Source: Octopus vulgaris | Taxonomy: Eukaryota | Assembly: GCA_951406725.2 (NCBI GenBank) | Contig: OX597815.1 | Span: forward strand, 38,936,001 to 39,000,000 | Length of the DNA stretch: 64,000 nt | Direction of reading: 5' to 3' | Shown here: positions 52,751 to 64,000 of the stretch, piece by piece | Layout of the letters: each line of letters opens with the position of its first letter | How positions within the stretch are numbered: position 1 is the stretch's first letter | Notes under the pieces: model-generated | The model's input: the letters and a program-made list of their open reading frames with translations, nothing else | Told to the model about the DNA's origin: nothing | The model's database searches: none | Translations under genes and position numbers: made by a program

Positions 52751-53774
52751 ATGTTGAAAATTTTCAAGTTCATAACCGATCAGCCAAGTAAAAAATTAGT
52801 TTATCTCAAGAATATTGGAACTTTGCAAAGTAACATATTATTCTGGAAAAGAAGTCTTCAAAAATTTTTGGGAGTTATTGTGGATGCAACTCCAAATTCC
52901 GCGTACGTTGAGCAGACAACATTTCTATCGAAGTATATTTATTCAAAGAGTAATGAACATGGAATATGACAAAAAATTTAAGGAGCAGACTATAACAATA
53001 AACATGGGTAAGAGATTGTTGGGTTAATCATCAAAATCTTGGAAGAACAAACCATTCCTTTAAGAGAGTGCGGAGTGCAAACAAATGAAAATGGTGCTAA
53101 CATGAAAGGGAAGTACATTGATGTTCAAACGAAATTACGACAGTAGTATTCAACAGCAAACATTTCCCCCATCTATGTCAATTTTTGAGAGTATGGTAGA
53201 TTTTTGAAGATAAAAAAAGGAACGACACAGTTGAGCGCAAACTGAAGGCCATAGCATATTTTGGAACAGTCCAAAGAATTTATAACATAGTTTGTTTCAA
53301 CTTTAAATGGATAAAAATTACTTAAAAGTCGGATAGGTTTGTCTGTATATGGCATGCCAGAAACCAAGTGGTCTGACAGGTTTGTATCGTCAAATCTTTT
53401 GAGTTTCACCTTACCAACGTTAAGTAAACATGGCATGATCTTTGAAACTAAACAACCAAAACAAAGAATGACGTGAATGTTAACGCCAGCTGTTTTGGTA
53501 TAAGGTATTGACTGCAATAGATATTTTACTACAATGCCATTCAAGTGAGAAATGCTGCATTGGACGTGCGGTATCAAACATTAAAACTCTCCTTGAAGAT
53601 TATGAAATTATTAAACAACTGGAAAACATTTAGAATGAGGCCAACGAGGTGACATAATATCTTGAAATGAAAACCCAATTCTCCCATGGATATGGAGGCT
53701 TGGGTCAAATGAGAGCAATAGCATACAGTGATATAACAACTGATGCTAAACTGGCGAAAATGACTGATACAGAC

Positions 53775-53945
53775 GATTTACATTATTTACATTGGACGGA
53801 TATGTGTCCTCATGTTGTTTGTTGTTACCACGTTTCGGATCTACTCTCCAGCCTTCATCAGGTGCCCTGGTGAAATTTTGAACCCAACCCTGCGTTCTCA
53901 TTCCTAAGGTATAGAATTCCTCATCTCTAAAAATTACAGAACACT
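53775..53945 (-). mobile_element. Third Penelope pseudo-LTR copy with a degenerate hammerhead and a short inverted tail
   Basis: Matches 23736-23915 and 56282-56425; followed by aattcctcatctctaaaa..agaac, the inverted form of the pLTR end. Confidence 0.7.
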
Positions 53946-55479
53946 AGTAATATACAGACGATTCGTCAAAAGACAACTACTTCTGAAAATCTGTTTTATG
54001 TTTTGGCTAATTGAGTAACAGTGCGTTTGATTGCGTAAAAGTTTAAGCTTGATTTTTTTGTGGAAATGTCTGAAAGAAAGCTAGAAAAAAGTAAAAGAGT
54101 TAGTGTTAGTGTGCCAATATCAAAAATGTTATAAAACTGCAACATTTACAGTCAGTATATAAAGTGAAATTTAGAAAACCAGAACTGAAACTTTTCGAAT
54201 CTCTAAATTTACTGATTGACTACAAAGTTTGTGAGATATTTCTGTATGTTTGTATGATTTCAGAATATTGCAAACAATTCCAGCAACAGCAGTTTCAATA
54301 GGAAAATTTTTAAGCAAATTTAAACATATCAAAAACGTTTCCAGGTTTCCTACCCCCGAGTTGTTGATTTCACAAGATTACTTAATGAATTAAGCTTTGC
54401 TGGAGAAATTGATTTTGATAGTGTGAATAAAAATTTTTGCAGATTAAGACTGTCAAGAAATTTTATTTCATTAGTTTCTATGCTTATCTTTGTTTGTATA
54501 AAGTATATTGCTGTCTGGTCAATATGGTGTACAAAACACTTACGAAAGATTACCAGTGGTCATACTTAATTATCTTGAGACAAGTCATCATCAATTATAT
54601 TTTCAGAATCACTTACTAAACGCTGTGTAATTCGTTCATATATTTTTTCTTTTTTCCTCATTTTTCTATAAAGATGGAAAAATTACAAATATAAATTTCA
54701 TTTTATATTATTTGTAATGAAGAGTCATAATCAAGTATGTAAGATCCATAGAGGACCTAAATCTACAAATGTTTGAGGAACCCTCCCTCTGGACCCCGAA
54801 AGTAATCATGTCTTATATTGCAAATATCTCACGGTGGCCATAATGTTTCTAGATGTCTAGAAAAAATAGAAAAGTCATGGCAGGAATAAATTTAACACAA
54901 CACCCATATTGAATGTAGTGATCAAATTGATATAGCTTGGCTATATCGTAGATAGGGACTTTTAAAATTAAGCTGACAGGCATATATAAATGTTCACAGC
55001 TTCATATAATTCTTTCTAATTTTGGCACAAAGTCAGCAAGTTTGAGAAGAGGAAAAGGTCGTTTACATCGATCCCAGTGCTCGACAGACATTTATTTTAT
55101 AGACCCCGAAAGTAAGAAAGGCAAAGTTGACTTCGACGGCATTTGACCTCAGAACGTACAGAGCCGGAAAAAGCTTCACATAAGTGACTACGAAACTAAG
55201 TCATGCTGGTCTTCAAGTCTGTAACCAGCATGATTCGGTCAGACATATAGGCATGAATATGATTACTGAAAGTTAAACACATTGTTCTCGAGACGGAAGA
55301 TGTAATACAATCCTCATTAATCATTGAGAATATTGCGATATAATAATCTTCAGCTTTTGTTTATGTTTGCAATTTTCCTCTTTTGTTTATAATAGTTTTC
55401 CTATAAATAAAGACTGATCAATGATTATTGGGTAATAAAAGTCAAATAAGATGTTTGCATTCCGTAATTCTTATGGCGA

Positions 55480-55930
55480 CGATTTCCACAACATTCATAA
55501 CCTTGTACATGAACACCAGCTGAAAATGTCAACTTTCTAGACCAGAACACGCACACACTTTATCTCAACCATAGAAAGATAACATAACTAAGCTATTCGA
55601 AACTAGTTTTTACTAATGGCATTGATGCGCTGGCTTTGGAGAGTTCGTGAATTAGAAGGCTAAGAAGTCAAATTGTATAAGTCACAACAAACATATCAGC
55701 GAAGCTGATAAATTAGACTTACTAATGAATTATTTATCTGAAGATAAATTGTCAAGTTTATCAACCAAGCACTTAGCATCTCTGATGATGCGTTTTCATA
55801 ACTTAGCAAAATTCTAGGAGTTGGTTATTCGCTGCAGGAGGACGAAACCGTTCTGCTGTATCAGACAAGACGAATCTGATTGTCCATCGAGTCTACAGTG
55901 AAAATCGATGCGCTACCTTCGTTGAGCAGG
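55480..55930 (+). pseudogene. Decayed LRR-coding relic
   Basis: QNTHTLYLNHRKIT*LS (first-LRR-like), LSISDDAFS*LSK / ELVIR and KSMRYLR. Confidence 0.45.
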
Positions 55931-56281
55931 GAAGAGAGACATACCTTTCTCTACTTGGTGACTATTGCGAAAATGTTTGTATTGTAGACTCGTCTCAAAG
56001 TTTGAAGACAGGCTCTTTCCTACTTCGCCAAGCTCACAACAATTTCTCCAAGTATCATTTGAAGAGGAAGGTAAAGATAGAAAGCAGGTGCTGCCTTCAA
56101 GTGTGCTTATCGAAAGGTGGCGTCTGAGTATGGTTTTCTACATAGAAGGAAAGAAACAGGAAAAGAAAACTGTCGATAGGGCATCGACGTTTCTCTATCT
56201 AGACCCCTTTTTGTGTGGAGTTATTCCAGAATTCCCCTATTTTATTATGTATTTATAATTCTACTTTTCTACATTCCTTAT

Positions 56282-56421
56282 ACATTATTTACATTTGACG
56301 GATATTTGTCTTCATCTTGTTTGTTGTTAACACAACATATCGGCTGACATACCCTCCAGCCTTCATCAGGTGTCTTGGGGAAATTTCGGACTTGGATTCT
56401 CATTCCTAAGGTATTTTTCGA

Positions 56422-56455
<34 letters not shown>

Positions 56456-57006
56456 GTTATTATTATTATTCAGGAATCGAACCCGGGTTAGTAGCCCGCG
56501 CTCTTAACCACTACGCCGTATGCCTTTGAGCAATTAGTGAGTGAATTTTAAGGCTTATAAATCTAATATTTTCCTATCCTCCCTTAATACCGGTTCCTAT
56601 ATGCTATTCATATCTGCATTTGGTCTGCTTAGAGGTTTTTGTGCCCTAGCATATGTGCTGTTTCTTTTAGTTTTCATATTTTTCAGTGGTGTTCTCTGTC
56701 TATTATTTTAACTTCATCCCACAGGGGGAGGTGGTCTCCATTTTTCCATACATGATCTGCTATACCCGATTTATCAATATCTCCTCGTGTCACAGCTTTG
56801 CGATATTCTTCTACCCTTATTCTGAGGGGGCGGCATGTTTCGCCTTTGTATAACCTACTACAGCTGCATGGATGGAGCACACGCAGTTTTGGGTCATATT
56901 TTCTTCTATTGGTAGTTTTACTCGAAGGAGATATTTGCGATATATCTGCCAAATGTAAATAATGTAAATAATGTACATAATTCCTCACCTCTTAAATATA
57001 GAACTG
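56282..57006 (-). mobile_element. 5'-truncated Penelope-like element with an inverted partial pLTR and a 12-bp TSD
   Basis: ORF 56683-56988 (CSCSRLYKGETCRPLRIRVEEYRK..KSGIADHVW..WDEVKIIDRE, GIY-YIG). tacattccttat at 56270-56281 and 57007-57018. Hammerhead-like fold at 56330-56373. Confidence 0.88.
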
Positions 57007-57434
57007 TACATTCCTTATTTCTGTTGATTCCCTTTTGATCAATGTAAACCCCACCTTTTTTGTTCGCTATATTTCTTCGTTTTAAGAGCGGTGAGTGACA
57101 GAATAGACAAAATTATAGACAAAATAGCTCTTATCCCGTTACGTTCTCCACCTCGTCGTCGGCATCGCTGTTTTCCATGTTATTTGATTTTGCTAATGAC
57201 GTTGTCATTGTTGCGTAGTACCAGGTCAGCTTTGACCGAGCAAGCCTAAAATCTTAGACATTCTAGTCGTGATCATCCTGCCTTTCTCACACACACTCCC
57301 ATTTTGTGTGCGGGTTCCATTTAGGACCCCATTATTCAGTGTATCTGTTTCTAAGACATTGAGACTTGGTTAGATGAAGTTTGTGCTGTTGTTTTTCTCA
57401 GGTCAAGAAACTCCTATAACGAAGATGTTTTAGC

Positions 57435-58120
57435 TCGGGGTCACCAATTATAAACGAAGTGGTGAGTGAATGAGGAAGTGTGAATGTGGATATATACAAC
57501 CTGAGATTGAAATTGAACTGGTGAGTGACGTTTTATTCTCCGTTATAAAATGCAATGATTGCCATACAGGAATTAACGTAACATAACAGGTTATTACAAA
57601 GATGTGCGAGGGGACTTCGTAGTTAGGCGCTGGACTGTTGATGTTGTAGATATAGTTGACGTAATGTTGGTGGTGTAGAGGCAGGTGACTGGTCTGTTGG
57701 TCGTGTGGTCCTCATACAGCAATGATGCAGACAGGCCTCTGGTGGAAATGATGAGAGCGGAGACAGGCTAGTGTCAGGACATCGTTGCTGGAGACGAGAT
57801 GCGTGTATGGTCAGTGGCAAGTGCCAAAGACCGGTCAGTGGCAAGTGCCAAAGACCAAGAGCAGTCGAAAACTACCATTCTTATAGGGAATAGGAGGCTC
57901 CCTGAGCTGGTGATTAATTTCCCGCGTAAGGAAAAATAAACTGTTGCGCCAACAACAGGTTCGTTGAATTACGAGCTCATGTGACCGCTGGAACGAAAAG
58001 GGCTTGATGAGCTGATATTGGGATATTTAAGCCTAGATGAGCCTATATTGGGGTATTTAAACCTAGATGAGAAAAACGAAAATATTTCACATAATGATAG
58101 TGTAAATCACTTCTGCTACA
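57435..58120 (-). mobile_element. Gypsy 5' LTR (~670 bp) with a tRNA-Trp primer-binding site
   Basis: Minus strand starts TGTAGC at 58120, has AATAAA near 57535 and ends ..TTATA-AT-TGGTGACCCCGA. This is complementary to the tRNA-Trp 3' end, as recalled for CsRn1-like elements. Confidence 0.75.
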
Positions 58121-58487
58121 CTCCAAAGGGGCTTCTTCTTTGGTTCCTTTACATTATGGAATAATGAAGTGACAATCATGCCAGTGGCCAAATTCAATGG
58201 CCAAACAATATTTTAGTTAAGTTTCTCTTCATTTTGAATTCAAATCCAGTCTGGTTTTTGTGGCGGATTACACATATGTTACACGTTCCAGTCTTACATT
58301 TCGTTTTGAAACATTATGATAAACGATTAGTAGAGATGATATGTATGGCTTAGAAGTTCGGGTGTTCGATTCATGGTCACAGTAGCGTGGTTTCTATTCA
58401 TGGACCGCGCAATGTGTTGTGTCCCTGAACAAGGCCCTTCATTTCACATTGGTCCTGTTTACTCAACTGGAAATGAGTACCAGCTAG

Positions 58488-58522
<35 letters not shown>

Positions 58523-58629
58523 CTGCCTGTCTGCCTACCTACCTACCTACCTACCTACCTTCCTACCTATCGACCTACATATCTATCTATCTGTCTGTAC
58601 GTCTATTTATATAGCTACCTAGCTATCTA

Positions 58630-58671
<42 letters not shown>

Positions 58672-58768
58672 ACTCTCTTTCTCTCTCACTCTCTCTCTCT
58701 CTCTCTACCTACCTATCGACCTACATATCTATCTATCTGTCCGTCTATCTATATAGCTACCTAGCTAT

Positions 58769-58821
<53 letters not shown>

Positions 58822-59799
58822 TCTCTCTCTCTAGCAGTCATATTCCAGATGTTCCTCTAGATCAGAGAGGGAGGTGAGGTGGTGTCTATGTCTGTTCGTG
58901 ACTACACAGGATTTTAAAACAATTAGCGAAAGTTTGTTATTAAATTATGCTCGCTCTCGAGGGACAGCTGCCTTTCCTGTACTTTCCATAAGCAATGAGA
59001 CCTTCACAAGATCTGGTAATTTTATTTTGAAAAAAAAAATTAAAAGAATCTAACAGTAACAACGTGAAAAACACGTTAGTTATTCAAAAGCAAAAACAAA
59101 AATTGTCAACTTCACTTTAACATTTATTATTTGCTATCATAATTTTCGCACTGCGACAGCGACCAGGTCGCAATTGGAGAGATGAAAATTTTGACACTCG
59201 ATAATAAAAAGGTGAAGCCAAATTAACGGTTTTTGTGTATTTTTGAATGGTTAATATGTGTCTTTCACGCTATAATTGTTTTTGTTTCAACACAGTGTCA
59301 GATCAAATTACTTGCTAGACATGTACATCTCCAAAAATGTTTTGCACAATACTATAAACTTATTGAGAAGGTGTGGTCGATTTAATTGACTCTATCATTC
59401 ATCTAGTTATCTACCTCGAATGAACGAGAAGCAGACAGGACTCTGGCAGAATTGGTGAACTAATGGAATGACGATGGAAATAAAAGGTTTTCTGGCCTTA
59501 ACACACGACCATAAATTTTGTGACAAAGTTTACAACCGATTTTATCTACCACAGTACTTAAATGATACTTTAATTCGGAACATGAAAGGATGCAACTATA
59601 TAAATTCTACCATTCGTCGCCTTGAAGTCGGTTGTAAAATTGTAGGCTTTGATTGAAAAGTTTCTTTTTCCGTTTTCTCTCCGCTATTTTTTATCTTGTT
59701 TTGATTTGTAATCGAAGGGAGGTAACTCTGTTTTCGATTATAGCCCTTGTGGAATTTCTACTAGTAAAATATTTTATAAAGGAAATTAGAAAATGAAAT

Positions 59800-60130
59800 T
59801 TGATATCTCGATATTCAGTGAATATGTGCATTAGAAACAGAAGGAAGAGAACAATAAACGAAGATCAGTCGATACACACACACACCAAAATATTTATGGG
59901 GTGGGATAACTGTGTAATCACATTATCACACAATATAAAAGAGGTAGACATCTATCAAAGGCCGAATCTATTTATCTTAATTGCCTATTCATCATAATTT
60001 CGCTATTAATGACGTAGAGAATAATATGAATATCATAACTTCCTATTAACTCTACACACGACATGGACAGTCGCTTTATCAAGTTCAAAACAAACTAATA
60101 TTTATCTAAATGATTATTTCAATTGAGCTC
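59800..60130 (+). pseudogene. Possible LRR-coding relic
   Basis: ORF 59800: KIFMGWDNCVITLSHNIKEVDIYQRPNLFIL resembles FxGLxNLxxLxLSHNxIxxI. Confidence 0.35.
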
Positions 60131-61691
60131 AAACGAATATTTGTGGTGCATCTGAGTACAGTATGCAATAATTTCATTTAATCATTATTATTATTTCCCC
60201 CAAGTAGGCGGTGAGCCGACGTTAGCACGCCGGGCGAAATGCTTAGCAGTATTTCGTCAGTCGCTACGTTCTGAGTTCAAATTCCGCCTTGGTCGACTTT
60301 GCCTTTTATCCTTTCGGGGTCGATTAAATAAGTACCAGTTACGCACTAGGGTCGATGTAATCGACTTAATTTTTTTTGTCTGTCCTTGTTTGTCCCTTCT
60401 GTGTTTAGCCCCTTGTGGGTAGTAAAGAAATAGGTATTTCGTCTGCCGTTACGTTCTGAGTTCAAATACCGCCGAGGTCAACTTTACCTTTCATCCTTTC
60501 GGGGTCGATTAAATAAGTACCAGTTTTACGCAATGGGGTCGATGTAGTCGACTTAGTACCTATGTCTGTCCTTGTTTGTCCCCTCTGTGCGTAGCCCCTT
60601 GTGGGCAGTAAAGAAATAAGAATCGTTAACCCGCCGAGTGAAGTGCTTACCGGCATGTCATCTGTCTTCACATTCTGAGTCCAAATTCCAACGATGGCGA
60701 CCTTGCTTTTATCCTTTCGGAAGCGATAAAACAAGTACCAGTTAAGCACTTAATCGACTTAACCTCCACCCCGAAATTGCAGGACTTACTATACTATAAG
60801 TGGATGTCAGAATATTTAAAGCTTGGAACAAAAAAGCGAGAATAGAATAAAATATAATAAATGCTATTTTCTCCCGTTTTCCTGACAACTTTATTTTTTT
60901 TTTAGGTTGTTTATGCTTTTATATTTTAGAGTTTCAACAGATATTGTTGAATTGAGTCTGCTATAAATTAATATATATCTGTATAACAATTAGGTCGTAG
61001 GAGAGCCATATTAACTATTGAACTACATTCGTAGCTCTTCGTTACGTTTTGTATATTTCTTGAAGTTTCAAAATTTTCGTCGCACTTCTGCGACCTTAGC
61101 ACATACACAATTCAACTGTGTGTGAATGTGTATGTGCATGTGCGTGCGTGCGCATCATTGCGTGTGTGTGAGTGTGTGCTCGTGCGCGTACGTGCGTGCG
61201 AATGTACTGTAAATCTTGCATGTGACATTTTCTTAGAGTTTTCTTTCATATAACCCAGTTGATAGAGAAGCAAAAAATCATCCAAGCGATCGATTGTTTG
61301 TATATAAGAATTGTATATAATGAATGACACTGCGGTCGCTTCCAGTTGCCCAAGCTCGCTTTCCAATCACATGGTTCTGGGTTCAATCCCACTGCATAGT
61401 ACTTTGGCCAAGAATTTTCTACAATAGTCTCGGCCCGACCAAAGCGTTGTGAGAGGATTTGGTAGCTGGAAACTGAAAGAAGCTTGTATATCAAATGTTC
61501 CATATATATTATATCATACCTTGGTATTGTGTGTACTAAGATCCCCGTTGACAGGCCGCTTGTATTTATAGAGTGTTAAACACTTTCGGTATGCAAATTA
61601 GGGATGCCTTCAGAGAGTAACTGCTGCATTTGTTGAGTATATAAACAGTTTGGCAGCTTATCTTTCTGGGAATTGTTAGAATGATGTGGAT

Positions 61692-61734
61692 GCCTCTGAT
61701 GAAACCCCAGTAAGGTTCGAAAATTGATTAAGGT
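61692..61734 (+). ncRNA. Degenerate hammerhead-like motif
   Basis: GCCT-CTGATGA-AACC-ccagtaa-GGTTC-GAAA-ATTGATTA-AGGT. Confidence 0.4.
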
Positions 61735-63428
61735 TGCTCATTATTTTTTCTTATCAGTCTGCGGAGAAATGGCTAAAATTTGCCCTGTTTATATGTATAC
61801 CATAAGTTAGATATATCCAATATTAAGGATTCAAAAGACTCAGGTACTTAAATGATAGACACCAGGTTGGGTTAAGTTAATTTGTAAGCTGCACCTTTAG
61901 TCGAAAAAATATCATGGGTACCGAAGTACATCCAGTGAAAGATCCAGAGTCTATAGGCTAATCCGAAAGTGCACGTTGTATTGGTACGTTATTTGGTATA
62001 CTCCAGAATGTCCGATGAGGCGAGAGTCCAGTGAGGTGTATTATGAACAAATGAATAAATAAAAAGATGGGTACACGTCAATTCATTACAGCTGTTTCTT
62101 TAATAGATCAATAAGTACATTACATCAAAACTAAAACTAAAAATGATACATAACATTTCAAGGCAATATAAAAACAACACTTTATCACGGTGGGTCAGTC
62201 GAACTTGATTCCAACTGAGGCTGACTTGGAATGAGAGGAACAGTAAACCTTGGATGACATTAAGAAGTTAGTTTGAGGGTAGGGCAAGCGTTCAAAAGAT
62301 TTATAGCTTCAGGGCATGTAAAATGTTAAAGAAAGAAATCGAGTTGTTTCTTGCAATAAATACATTTAAAACAAATTTTCTTTTCAATGACCCTTAAAAT
62401 ACTATTGTGGATTCTCATTTTACTATTTTGCTTGTTTTGACACCTTAAAAATCTTATATGAACTCCAGGGTCCATATGGACCCCGGTTGAGAAACACTTC
62501 TCTAAATGTTGGGCCTCACTATTATTGAAGATCTCCCCAGACGAAAATATATCATTAATATAGCTAAGACCGCATCCCAAGGACTGACTCTTCCTTCCTA
62601 CTCAACCACCGACAATTATTGATACTCAACAAAGTTCAGGGGTAACTCATAACGGGGTATTGCTCTCAGATCAGGATGGTGTTGTTGCAACACACAAAGA
62701 CATTCTAGACTGCATACAGAAAAGGTACACCCGACTGAGTGGAATAAAATTGCTCACAGACACACTTCATCTCCTGGCCTACCTCCAAGCTGTCTCTTCA
62801 CTCTGGTCCTTGAATTCCTATAACATACAAATCATTTTGTTCACCACATTACCAATTCTGTGCTCAACAATCATACCAACAAGAGAGCCTGTATATAGTA
62901 GCTCGTCCTGCTAGAAATAGCAATCAACTCTCCCTAAAATCTCCCCTGTCGTTAAACAAGGAAAGAACATAACAAATTTGATTCTAGATAAACTATGCAT
63001 GCAAAGAATAGTTTTGCGCATAGGTTTGCTTAAACAAGTTTCCCTGTGACAAAGCAACATAACTATCAGTACCGTGTGACTGAATGGTTGTGTTAAGGCC
63101 CTGTTAAGTTATTAGTCATTGTTAGATGAATATGGGTGTGTAGACTCTGATTAGAAAAATATCTCTACCCTTGTGATTATTATTTGTAGCTGAGTAGATT
63201 TACTAAGGCCGAAATACACCTGCAGTTATCTTCCGTATTTGACGAAATAATTAAAATAACATTAGTCATTAACTAATATTGTCTTTTCTCTCAACATAAT
63301 TACTTCTCAATTATCACTGAATTAAATATAACACTGACTTGGCTTCCGTCTTTTCATGCTGTTGACATTTCTGTGATATTGCTCTCAGTAACTTATTTTT
63401 ATCTTTAGCTATCTTGTCTTACTCTATG

Positions 63429-63822
63429 GGGGAGGCGCAATGGCCCAGTGGTTAGGGCAGCGGACTCGCGGTCATAGGATCGCGGTTTCGATTCCCAGAC
63501 CGGGCGTTGTGAATGTTTATTGAGCGAAAACACCTAAACCTCCACGAGGCTCCGGCAGGGGATGGTGGTGATCCCTGCTGTACTCTTTCACCACAACTTT
63601 CTCTCACTCTTACTTCCTGTTTCTGTTGTACCTGTATTTCAAAGGGCCGGCCTTGTCACTCTCTGTGTCACGCTGAATATCCCCGAGAACTACGTTAAGG
63701 GTACACGTGTCTGTGGAGTGCTCAGCCACTTACACGTTAATTTCACGAGCAGGCTGTTCCGTTGATTCGGATAAACCGGAGCCCTCGTCGTCGTAACCGA
63801 CGGAGTGCTTCCAGTCCCAGTC
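63429..63822 (+). mobile_element. Full-length tRNA-derived SINE family C with an 11-bp TSD
   Basis: A box tggcccagtggtt, B box ggtttcgattccc; cttactctatg at 63418-63428 and 63823-63833. Confidence 0.93.
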
Positions 63823-64000
63823 CTTACTCTATGAAAATATTATTAGTGTTCAAAACGGAACATCTTTCCTGAGTATGATACTCTCATTCATTTCCTTCAG
63901 CGTTTGTCCCTATTGCAATAAACACGACAGGGCCGCACACTACACGACTCGACTTCAACCAAGACACTAACGAAATAAATGAATCATCATTCACTTGATC

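Larger units (their letters stand above)
51700..54450 (+). mobile_element. Decayed hAT (Tip100/ZMYM1-like) transposase remnants, probably from two elements
   Basis: LIDESIDI and TTGENL (~51950-52090); FLGVIVDATPNSAYVEQTTF (ORF 52712); ENGANMKGKY; ETKWS; LQTIPATAVS..SKFKHIKN (dimerisation-domain-like). Confidence 0.75.

Noticed and set aside
62075-62110. GAAACAGCTGTA on the minus strand (hammerhead 3' half)
   Set aside because: No matching CUGANGA half was found.
63431-63505. tRNA gene
   Set aside because: The acceptor stem is incomplete and the sequence continues into a SINE body with a TSD; it is a tRNA-derived SINE head.

Overview
AT-rich, microsatellite-dense animal genomic DNA with no intact protein-coding gene. 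The SINE families and simple-repeat load suggest a coleoid cephalopod such as Octopus; this is inferred from recalled repeat consensus, not from a database hit. Nearly all long ORF-track entries are microsatellite artefacts or transposon remnants. Recognisable elements are: (1) several R4/Dong-type RLE non-LTR retrotransposons sitting in (TAA)n or (TACA)n tracts, the best at 7254-9622; (2) a decayed Gypsy element with a ~2 kb tandem duplication; (3) a lone LTR with a tRNA-Trp primer-binding site; (4) at least three Penelope-like (GIY-YIG) elements, two with inverted pseudo-LTRs; (5) an L1/Tx1 remnant, hAT remnants, MITEs and many tRNA-derived SINEs. Three patterns lie outside the ORF track. 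First, about a dozen minimal type-I hammerhead-ribozyme folds occur, including tandem copies and non-canonical cores. Second, one SINE family repeatedly joins its tail to the same internal position of its own sequence, making 184-bp multimers. Third, heavily decayed leucine-rich-repeat (LRR) coding fragments, all on the + strand, are scattered through the unique DNA, suggesting a dead LRR/TLR-like receptor cluster. All folds, alignments and translations were done by eye.
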